Positions 53,150-64,000 of a stretch of DNA of 64,000 nt are shown here, in pieces. Positions within the stretch are counted from its first letter, which is position 1. The number at the start of each line of letters is the position of its first letter. Both the position numbers and the translations under genes were made by a program. The stretch is from Octopus vulgaris (taxonomy: Eukaryota): assembly GCA_951406725.2 (NCBI GenBank), contig OX597825.1, forward strand, positions 63,302,001 to 63,366,000, written 5' to 3'. Below the pieces are notes generated by a model that ran no database searches, was not told where the DNA came from, and saw nothing but the letters and a program-made list of their open reading frames with translations.

Positions 53150-53542
53150 GTGGAGGCGCAATGGCCCAGTGGTTAGGGCAGCGAACTCGCGGTCATAGGA
53201 TCGCGGCTTCGATTCCCAGACCGGGCGTTGTGAGTGTTTATTGAGCGAAAACACCTAAAGCTCCACGAGGCTCCGGCAGGGGATGGTGGTGATCCCTGCT
53301 GTACTCGTTCACCACAACTTTCTCTCACTCTTACTTCCTGTTTCTGTTGTACCTGTATTTCAAAGGGCCGGCCTTGTCACTCTCTGTGTCACGCTGAATA
53401 TCCCCGAGAACTACGTTAAGGGTACACGTGTCTGTGGAGTGCTCAGCCACTTACACGTTAATTTCACGAGCAGGCTGTTCCATTGATTCGGATCAACCGG
53501 AACCCTCGTCGTCGTAACCGACGGAGTGTTTCCCCCCAAAAA
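53150..53542 (+). mobile_element. SINE family C, full length
   Basis: TSD acactgtcata (53139-53149 / 53543-53553); tRNA A/B boxes. Confidence 0.95.
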
Positions 53543-53572
53543 ACACTGTCATAATACACATCTATTTGTAGT

Positions 53573-53979
53573 TACTCTTTACTCTTTTACTTGTTTCAGT
53601 CATTTGACTGCGGCCATGCTGGAGCACCGCCTTTAGTCGAGCAAATCGACCCCGGGACTTATTCATTGTAAGACAAGTACTTATTCTATCGGTCACTTTT
53701 TGCCGAACCGCTAGGTGATGGGGACGTAAACACACTAGCATCGGTTGTCAAGCAATACTAGGGGGACAAACACAGACACACAAACACACACACACATATA
53801 TATATATATATACATATATACGACAGGCTTCTTTCAGTTTCCGTCTACCAAATCCACTCACAAGGCATTGGTCGACCCGGTGCTATAGCAGAAGACACTT
53901 GCCCAAGGTGCCACGCAGTGGGACTGAACCCAGAACCATGTGGTTGGTAAGCAAGCTACTTACCACACAGCCACTCCTA
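53573..53979 (-). mobile_element. SINE family A, full length
   Basis: Head-to-tail match. Confidence 0.93.
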
Positions 53980-54884
53980 TTTCTTTTTATTTTCTTGTTG
54001 TTTTGTATACTCAGTATACACGTTTGGTAATTTTAAGGTTAATTATAATTTATGCTATTCATTCGAAAGAAAATATCGAGGTTACTTTTCTTTTACGCCA
54101 GATTTTGTGAGTCTATTCTGCAATAGTATCTGAAGGCGTTAGCTTGACAGCAACAAAGATTTTGTAAAAAGATTTTTAAAAAAACCTTAGAATTTGACTA
54201 AAATCCAATCCTGTTTATGTCGGTTATAATAACAAGAACAAGAACAAAATTACTATTATAATTATTATCATTATTATTATTATTATTATTATTGTTGTTG
54301 TTGTTGTTGATGCTATATAATTCTGTGTATTTCTACGGTCTAGCTGTTTTGTCCATGTTACACCAAGGGAGATAATAACTCAAATAGATATGTGTGTGCG
54401 TGTGTGTGTGTGTCGAGAGAGAGAGAGAGAGAGAGAGAGGAGTGTGTGTGTGTGAAGAGAGAGAAAGGGAGACAAAGAGAGAAACGAAGCCAGTGAAAAA
54501 TAGAAAGACACGAGAGAAAGAGAGGGAGGGAGAAACGTAGGAAGCGGGGTCTATATTATTCTGCCGTTGTCTGTTCAAATCGCTGGCACAGTCGAAGTGT
54601 CTAACATAATTAGAATCTCCATGAAAATCTATAAATTTATGCATTAAAAAATATTTCGGTAGACAGTTACGTTATAGTGAAATAAACTTAGTAAAATAGC
54701 TGTGGCTTTTACTTTTTATCTTTTGCATGTTCCAGACCAAAGGTAATGGCCATCCTGGGGCAGCAATATTATTAGGTTTAAATGCTTATTGGTATTGTGA
54801 GAGCAGACAATTACATACACCAGCAGAAACGAAAATAGATAGATCGATAAATAGATAGATAGATTCTGAGACCTGCTTCGATCA

Positions 54885-55205
54885 TGATTGAATATGGGAT
54901 TGCACCTAGAAAGTTACCCTCCAAGGCACAAGTTCAGGTAAGGTTGTTTTTATGGAAGACCAGCAGTTGCCCATGTATACCAGCCTCCCCTCTCCACGCC
55001 ACCGGTGTTATCCAAGGGAAAGACAAAGGGGCCGATACAGCTTGGCACCTGTGAAGTCGCAACTCGTTTCTACAGCTGAGTGAACTGGAGCAACGTGAAA
55101 TAAAGTGACTTGCTCAAGAATACGACACGCAGCCCGGTCTGGGATTCGAACTCACAACCTCAAGATCGTAAGCTCGACGCTCTAACCACTGAGCCATGCG
55201 CCTTT
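54885..55205 (-). mobile_element. SINE family D, full length
   Basis: Closely matches the reverse complement of 20433-20764. Confidence 0.92.
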
Positions 55206-55250
55206 ACTTGATAGACAGATAGATAGATAGATAGAGAGATAGAGAGATAC

Positions 55251-55313
<63 letters not shown>

Positions 55314-55697
55314 TGAGAGGAGTCAACGGATATATTGATATGTAGACAGAGAGATATATTAATAGCAACAGATATACAAATAGGTAGTTGAAATGAAATG
55401 AAAAGAATTGAAAATAAATCTCACTTGGTAAATAACTGAGATTGAGCCTTAGTGGTGGTCGGAGACCGAAAGGTGTATTTATTTTTATCTATATGAATAT
55501 TTTATCTTTTGCATTCATCTTTTATTTCCTGATACTATAAAGCACACCATATCTGCCAAACACATAAAAAAATAAACAAGCAGTACATTTTAAGTTCATT
55601 TCAATTATATTTAAAAGTACTGATTTGATTAAATGGCAAGATTTCAAACGAATTTCTTGAAATTCCTTGCTAGTGTTTTAATACACGAGCGTTATGA

Positions 55698-56185
55698 GGG
55701 CGGCGAGCTGGCAGAAACGTTAGCACACCGGACGAAATGCGTAGCCGTATTTCGTCTGCCGCTATGTTCTGAGTTCAAATTCCGCCGAGGTTGACTTTAC
55801 CTTTCATCCTTTCGGGGTTGATTAAATAAGTACCAGTTACGCGCTGGGGTCGATATAATCGACTTAATCCGTGTGTCTGTCCTTGTTTGTTCCTTCTGTG
55901 TTTAGCCCCTTGTGGGTAGTAAAGAAATACGTATTTCGTCTGCCGCTACGTTCTAAATCCAAATTCCGCTGAGGTCAACTTTGCCTTTCATCCTTTCGGG
56001 GTTGATTAAATAAGTACGTGTTACGCACTGTGGTCGATATATGTCTCTCCTTGTTTGTCCTCTCTGTGTTTAGCCCATTGTGGGTAGTAAAGAAATAGGT
56101 ATTTCGCCTATCATTACGTTCCGAGTTCAAATTCGGCCGAGGTCGACTTTGCCTTTCATACCTTCGGGGTCGATAAATTAAGTAC
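55698..56185 (+). mobile_element. SINE family B head-to-tail concatemer (one full plus two 5'-clipped units)
   Basis: Units restart at gtatttcg right after the aaagaaata tail (~55931 and ~56099). Confidence 0.9.
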
Positions 56186-56359
56186 CTAGAGCAGAAAAGA
56201 ATCTATTAGCGGTATGCTTTCGTATATGCTGACTTACAACGTGGAATTTCCACGGGTCCCACTAGTTATCATTATTGTTGCTCAACTAAAGGCGTTGCTC
56301 CAGCAGGACCACAGTCATATGACTGAAGCAAGTAAAAGAGTAAAGAGTATACGGAGTCG

Positions 56360-56570
56360 ACGTGCTAGCGGGATTGCTAGCGCATCGGGTAGAATGCTTT
56401 GCAGTATTTTTGCTCGTCTTTGCACTCTGAGTTCAAATTCCGCCGATGTCGATATTGACTTTTCTTCTTTCGGGTTCGGTAAAATAAGTACCCGTTGAGC
56501 ATTGGGGTCAATGTCATCGACTTTACCCCACTCCCGAAATGGCTGGCCTTGAGACAAAAATTCGTATCCA
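56360..56570 (+). mobile_element. SINE family B, diverged
   Basis: ctgagttcaaattccgccga...aaaataagtacc. Confidence 0.75.
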
Positions 56571-56594
56571 ATAATGTGTTCTCATACATGGGAT

Positions 56595-56915
56595 GGAAGC
56601 ACTCCGGCGGTTACGACGACGAGGGTTCCGGTTGATCCGAATCAACGGAACAGCCTGCTCGTGAAATTAACGTGTAAGTGGCTGAGCACTCCACAGTCAC
56701 GTGTACCCTTAACGTAGTTCTCGGGGGATATTCAGCGTGACACAGAGAGTGACAAGGCCGGCCCTTTGAAGTACAGGTACAACAGAAACAGGAAGTAAAG
56801 AGTGAGAGAAAGTTGTGGTGAAAGAGTACAGCAGGGATAACCACCATCCCCTGCCGGAGCCTCGTGGAGCTTTTAGGTGTTTTCGCTCAATAAACACTCA
56901 CAACGCCCGGTCTGG
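56595..56915 (-). mobile_element. SINE family C, 5'-truncated
   Basis: Matches the body and tail of 35036-35433. Confidence 0.92.
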
Positions 56916-57111
56916 GGTTCTCATGCAGTTAGTTTTCGAATACGCAAATCTGTCCATACAACATCAAAACAAAAAGTAAGGTCCAACTTTAAATATTTTC
57001 CCCCTTTATTTGTTTCCGTCTCACATTTGTGTACACAGCTGAATAAAATAAATACGAGATAGAAATTACGCTTCCTCAAGAAGTAAAAAATGTCCGAACA
57101 TAAAGACAGCT

Positions 57112-57226
57112 ACACACACACGCACACACACTCGCACATACACACACACACATACACACACACGCACATACACACACACGCACACAAACACACACACACG
57201 CGCGCACACACAAACACACACACACA

Positions 57227-57319
<93 letters not shown>

Positions 57320-57388
57320 GCACACATACACACACACACGTACACACACACACACACATACACACACAAGCACACATACACACACATA

Positions 57389-57427
<39 letters not shown>

Positions 57428-57492
57428 GCACACACACACACACACGCGCACACACACACACGCACACATACACAAACACACACGCACGCTCA

Positions 57493-57531
<39 letters not shown>
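57112..57531. repeat. Long imperfect (CA)n microsatellite
   Basis: Direct inspection. Confidence 0.95.
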
Positions 57532-57533
<2 letters not shown>

Positions 57534-57692
57534 CTTAAATAATATGATCAAGAATATCGTATCAGACACGTTTCGGCAGAAAACAAATGAGACTTCTATT
57601 GATAATGGCGCAAATATGAACAATTCCACTTATATTTTTGTAACAGCAATATCACGTACTCACACGCACTTGCACATACACAGAGAAACATA

Positions 57693-57775
<83 letters not shown>

Positions 57776-57783
57776 ACACGCAT

Positions 57784-57815
<32 letters not shown>

Positions 57816-58475
57816 ACACACACATACGCACGCACATACAAATACACACAAGCAAGTGTCGCATTTTGCGAAAGGAATATATTGGACATATGGTAACACT
57901 CTTTAATAGAATTGGAAACTGGTTATTAATAATAGCAGCTAACATTATCAGTGAGTAGCAGGTGTATCTCTTTGTTAAAGATATTTATTCAAAAACGATA
58001 AAAATGACAAAAATGAAGATCGCTTACGTTGTCCTCAAACAATTTGGCCCTTGTGTAGGGTAGTGTAGTGTACGACGATCGGAATAATGCGATGCATACA
58101 GAAGGGTCTGTTTGGTATTTAAGGCCGAGGTGAAGTGAGTTGAGAGGTAAACCTTCTGTGAAGCAAATCTGCTTCTAGGATTATACCGAAATATACTGGC
58201 CAGCACAGTGCAAAGAAGAAATTTAGGGGTAATGGTAGTGAAACAGACTCCCTGATTCTGTAGTACCGTCTTTGTACAGGTTGTGAGTGCAGTGGTACGA
58301 AAAATTATATTTGGTCGATATGTGTGAGTAAGGAGTAAGGAGTCCGATTGATTCCGCAAACCTTAGAGTCATATCGGGGTTGTATCTATGTTGGAGACTG
58401 AAACAAAAGCAATGGAATCAGAAATGAAGGTTGTAACATTTGAAACAGCAAAAGCACTGAAGATAGATAGATTAT

Positions 58476-58534
<59 letters not shown>

Positions 58535-59612
58535 AGAAAGAGAGGCAAAGAGAGAGAAGAGAACATAACAGCAGAGCCAGGAATAGTAGGAAATCTTGGA
58601 GACACCCATCTCCAAGATCCGACAGTATCCTCTAATTAAATAGAAGACTAAAAATCAATATGTTTGGTCATCAGAGATCTAATCACAACTGAAAATCCAC
58701 CTCTTCTGAGACAGTACAAACGAGGAAAAATAAAACTCAAACATCCCACCAAGAAAAGTCATACAGAACAAACGAAGAGAAATCCAAAACCTTCTCCAGA
58801 AGGAAAGAAAATTCAGAAGACCATCACACACTCGGATGTCATTATGTTCACTGTACTAGAAGCTTTAAACAAAGATAAGAGACAGTGTATAAGCAATCTG
58901 TGGGAGACAAATAGGAATCTAGAATCACCGGATTGCAAAGAGATGAGAGCCCCGTTAAAGAGAACATTCATAAGATAAACAGCTGATTTAAACCATATCT
59001 TCATTCTGATGATGAATATAGTGTGTCTTCAGTTAGGCGTGTTTCCCTTCCTACCATTTTCAGCTACTAAATGACTAATTCGAGACAGAATAACCTCAGA
59101 TGTTTGATGGCAGATTATGTAAGCATTTTTTACTTAGCATAGTCGGAGAGATTTTAATCGAGTGTGAATCAGAAATTCATATATTTTCAAATTTCTATAT
59201 GCATTTAAAAATATATCTGTTATCTCTGTTATGCGTATTTTAAAATAAAACCCTGTTTCTTATGCATTCACACTTTGTATTTAATATATAACAAATTTTT
59301 AGTACGGCCTTATATATATATATATATATATGTGTATATATAAAAGAAAATAGGAAAGTAGAGATAAATCAATTAATAACTATGGTGAAGATGATGATGA
59401 CGACGATATTAATAATAGTTACAATACACGTATATTGCGTAAAGTACTGTCTGTCTGAGGTCGTTGTGACTTGACAGACAGTCTAAACGCCCGGTAAACA
59501 CAATATCTTCAATCAACAACATCGCAATATTGGATATAATGGATACTGTGTGACGTTTTAAATAATAAGTATTATTTTGGAGTAGTATAACATTATCTTT
59601 AATTCCTTTATG

Positions 59613-59673
<61 letters not shown>

Positions 59674-59678
<5 letters not shown>

Positions 59679-59933
59679 ATTAAGGGATTAGCAAAAAGTT
59701 GCTTCATACCTTTTACTGTCTGTGGAGATATATTGTAGTAGAAGAATTAGTAGTTTTGACAGCTATTTTAAAATTTTCGGTTTGTGGTGAAGCAACTTTT
59801 TGCTAATCCCTTAATTATGTTTATAATTATAAAAAAGTCCTTTGTGTTTACCGATAACATTTTTTTCCATAACGAAACTACTTTGTAAAATTTATTAATT
59901 ATTAGATTAATAATTCTTTACCCAATATCTATA

Positions 59934-59935
<2 letters not shown>
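59674..59935. mobile_element. Fold-back insert in (TA)n: perfect 33-bp arms plus unique tail
   Basis: 59674-59706 and 59788-59820 are exact reverse complements. Confidence 0.8.
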
Positions 59936-60289
<354 letters not shown>

Positions 60290-60777
60290 TAGATATAGAT
60301 ATATAGACCTTCAAATAAACCTGCATATGTTTCTACTGCATCGAGTAGTAACCGTTGCAATTGCAACCCTACTCTAATACCGGTGCAGTTTCTTCAGGTT
60401 CTTCACTTTAATATCCTTTGATTTAACTGTTTTTCGCTTGTGTACCCTGCGTTTTATGATGTGGAGTTGTTCGTTAGACGCAGACTATCTTCAATTCTAG
60501 TTTTGGTTGGGTAATCATTTATAGCCAGTTATTTCAAAGCATTCTGTTTAAATATTTGTTACTCATTTACATTGAGCACAAATAAATAGATTTCCTTATA
60601 TGCAAGCATACACCCACATACAAACATACACACTCACACACACACTGTACAATATCATTATCTCTGCTCATATCTTTACAAAATATTGTCGTCCACGCCC
60701 CCTTACATTTTGTAAACGCTTTGTATAGAGTTTTTATTGTATGAACGGGCCTTCATCGCCATAATAAAATTTCTTCT

Positions 60778-60836
60778 TCATCATCATCATCATCACAATC
60801 ATCATCATCATCATCATCATCATTCTTCTTCTTCTT

Positions 60837-60910
<74 letters not shown>

Positions 60911-60950
60911 CATTATTATTATAATAATTATTATTATTATTATTATAATA

Positions 60951-61012
<62 letters not shown>

Positions 61013-61037
61013 CATTATTATTATTATTATTGTTATT
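60778..61037. repeat. Compound (CAT)n(CTT)n(ATT)n microsatellite
   Basis: Direct inspection. Confidence 0.95.
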
Positions 61038-61705
61038 CGCCTCCTCAATCACTATTAGATTCAAGGTCTTAGGTCAAGTAGAGACACAAATGCCTAATAT
61101 TCACTTTCCGCTTTTCCGAGGGCAATTCCATTCATTAGAAAACACTACAGTTTCTTGACTTATTGGAAACAACGATATTGACTACAGAACGTATAGAATG
61201 GTGGAGACTTGCGACGTGGAACTGTCACTGTCAAATAACAGAATACCCATTAGAATCTTGCAAACAAATCCTGTCGCAGCTATTGCAACACAATCTACAC
61301 GACATCATTTAATTCTTGACACATGTTTGAAATCATTAGAATTCTATACAATGAGCAGGAACTGGATGGCAAGTAAAGGGCAGACAGTTGCCATCAACCT
61401 TCTGCGACTGTTTGAAACTTTCCTTAACGATTTTTCTATTTATCAGTTCTTTTCATACAAAATCAAAACTGACACATGAGAATCCTTGTAGCCAATCAGG
61501 TCGTAAGGAAACTATTCAGGGGTTAAATCACGGTAAACTGTTATTAAGGAAAATAGTTTATTGGCGAATCTTCTTAATTACAATGTCAGAGTTAAAATAT
61601 TGTGTGGTGTAGCGTAGTATGGTGGTTACATGGTTGAACTGCTCGGCTAACTTTGCAGTACTTCGTGATTTCTAATATTGTAACATTCTAATAGTGCAAC
61701 ATATA

Positions 61706-62081
61706 GGCGCATGAGTAGCTGTGTTGTAAGAAGCTTGCTTCCTAATCACATGGTCCCGGGTTCAGTCTCACTGCGTGGAACCTTGGGCAAGTGTCTTCTC
61801 CTATAGCCTCGGCCGACCAAAGCCTTGTGAGTGGATTTGGTAGATGGAAACTGAAAGAAGACCATCGTATCCATATGTATATAAATTTAAAATGAGGGTG
61901 AGAAATTAGATATTAATCTAATTAACATCGATTTCACACCAGTGGTCTAGCATATAAAAAAACTGAAGCTCCAGTAAAATTGTATTATATACATATTAGA
62001 GGTAAACCACTATTTCTTAGTGGTAAGACCGTAGTGCATCTATTTCTAGCATAAGGGTGTCTACATAGGGGTTTCCCTCTA

Positions 62082-62147
<66 letters not shown>

Positions 62148-62305
62148 GCATGTATATATGTATGTAGTTGTGTGTCTGTGTTTGTCCCCACCACCATCGT
62201 TTGACAGCCAATGTTGCCGTAACTTAGCGGTTTGGCAAGAGAGACAGATAGAAGAAGTGCTAGGCATACAAAGAATAAGTCCTGGGGTAGATTTTCTCGA
62301 CTAAA
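61706..62305 (+). mobile_element. SINE family A split by a fold-back insert (61880-62092) in its internal (TA)n
   Basis: Head at 61706-61870 and tail at 62160-62305. Confidence 0.85.
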
Positions 62306-62421
62306 AAATTTTAAAAAAATGAACGATAGGGAAAACATTGAGTTGTACAGGTACTTATAATCAAATAAAGGTTTTAATGTTTCGTAACGCATCACTATCA
62401 GAGTACTGCAATCGTAGACAA

Positions 62422-62804
62422 TCTCTCTCTATATAAAGCTGAAGTTGTCTGTGTATGGCAGGTTTGGTAGCCTTCAACTAACACTGTCTCCTCCTAGACC
62501 CTGCGGCGCAAGTTGACCAAAATTGAGAGTATGATAGAAGAAGGATTGTTCTTCCTTCCGTAGAAGAAAAATTTCAAATCGGACCATGTTAATATCAAAA
62601 ATTATTTACATTAAAAAGGTGCTATTTTTCTATGAAAATCTCTGTTTTTTTTACAATTTTTTGTATGCTGTGCCGCCATTTTTCGATGTATTTCAACCAG
62701 GAAAATGTCAACTTAAAGAGAATAACAAGCAAAATTTTTACTTTTCAAAAATTCCAATTCTAAAGGGTGGAAACAAACCCGAGCAACGCGGGCGATACTG
62801 CTAG
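62422..62804 (+). mobile_element. Non-autonomous Helitron
   Basis: 5' A|TC..tctatataaag; 3' GC-rich hairpin cccgagcaacgcggg followed by CTAG|T; no TSD. Confidence 0.85.
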
Positions 62805-63116
62805 TTTATCATAAACAAGTGGATCCCATAGTGGAGTGTATGAAATGTTACTCCAAACATAAGTAATGCTGGAGCAGTAACTATTGCATTGGTGTCCAGA
62901 TTTTAGATGATGATTGTTAGAAGAGCTGATGAAACCCACTACTATCATCATAGATACAGCCTTACCACCTCAACGTTCATACTTGCCAGACCTTCTGACA
63001 AATTTAGTTTTATTTAAATGCTTAATGCTTTTTCAGTAAAATTTTTATACAAATGAGCTCTGGTATTAGGTCAGTTATCTATTCAATGAAAATAAATTGA
63101 CCATTATTCAGTAAAT

Positions 63117-63480
63117 ACTCTTTTACTCTTTACTCTTTTACTTGTTTCAGTCATTTGACTGCGGTCATGCTGGAGCACTACCTTTAGTCGAGCAAATCGA
63201 CCCCAGGACTTATTCCTTTTGCCGAATCGCTAGGTTACGGGGACGTAAACACACCAGCATCGGTTGTCAAGCGATGTTGGGGGGACAAAAACAGACACAC
63301 AAACACTTGCACACACATACATATACACATAAATACGACGGGCTTCTTTGAGTTTCCGTCTACTAAATCCACTCACAAGGCTTTGGTCGGCCCGAGGCTA
63401 TAGTAGAAGACACTTGCCCAAGGTGCCACGCAGTGGGACTGAACCCGAAACCATATGGTTCGTAAGCAAGCTACTTACCA
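63117..63480 (-). mobile_element. SINE family A
   Basis: Head-to-tail match with a small deletion. Confidence 0.9.
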
Positions 63481-63932
63481 TATTTAAAAACATGTCTAAC
63501 CTAGTTGTAACATGAAAAAGTCAAATGCAAGCTATATATAACTAAGACATTAAATATTTCTGTATTATGGCAACGAATAGAAATTCTAATGTCTACTTCG
63601 TGATTTGATCGATAATACTTTGGAATGTTGAGCTGAGTTTCGCATTTCTGCCGAAGAATTATGTAAGAGACAACTTCTTTGGTATCGGTGTGAAAAATTA
63701 GTGGTCCTCACCAAATATAGTTTTTCTACTTGTCTATGTCCACGGCAAAGCAACAGACCCATGTAGCTGGACATCATCCGGATGTTCAGTGTGTCTGGGG
63801 ATATTGAGATCGGAAGTCTCTCTTCGACATTGCAGTGAGGTACTTATTTTCATTTAAAAATAGAACTTGTCTTGCTGAAAGGATTAACGCGCCGCCTGAT
63901 CCGATAATTGAAGATATTACTTAACGATGTTA

Positions 63933-64000
63933 AAGGCGACGAGATGGCAGAAACGTTAGCATGCTGGGTGAGATGCTTAGTGGTATTTCGTCTGCCGTTA
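63933..64000 (+). mobile_element. SINE family B head (cut by the window edge)
   Basis: aaggcgacgagatggcagaaacgttagc...gtatttcgtctgccgtta. Confidence 0.85.

Noticed and set aside
53150-53230. tRNA-like sequences at SINE heads
   Set aside because: They have A/B boxes but continue into SINE bodies with TSDs and lack complete cloverleaf folds; not tRNA genes.
55698-56185. CRISPR-like repeated units
   Set aside because: The units are SINE copies without unique spacers; eukaryotic context and no cas genes.
57555-57605. Minus-strand tatca...gaaacgtgtc-tgata resembling a hammerhead frame
   Set aside because: No CUGANGA-like core and no stem II.
58024-58978. Two ~100-aa non-repetitive ORFs
   Set aside because: No recognisable domain or splice structure; likely decayed transposon or chance ORFs.

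Overview
AT-rich, microsatellite-saturated eukaryotic non-coding DNA. The repeat repertoire resembles an Octopus (coleoid cephalopod) genome; this is inferred from recalled SINE sequence style, not from a search. No intact protein-coding gene is supported, and almost all listed ORFs are translations of microsatellites or SINEs. Contents: about 40 copies or fragments of four tRNA-derived SINE families (called A-D here); decayed LINEs (R4/Dong RLE end, CR1-type RT, Tx1/L1-like ORF1 and 3' UTRs); a mariner transposon carrying a nested hAT-type MITE and a SINE; a Merlin-like MITE; a non-autonomous Helitron; and a possible minus-strand gene start near 41.6 kb. The most interesting signal is a set of short non-coding inserts, mostly in (TA)n tracts, with fold-back or partial-tandem architecture and Penelope-type minimal hammerhead ribozyme motifs. 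These include a hammerhead with a swapped G3:C8 core pair (35691-35741) and a tRNA-headed, hammerhead-tailed element in a head-to-head palindrome (52.2-53.1 kb). All ribozyme calls come from manual folding and are untested.
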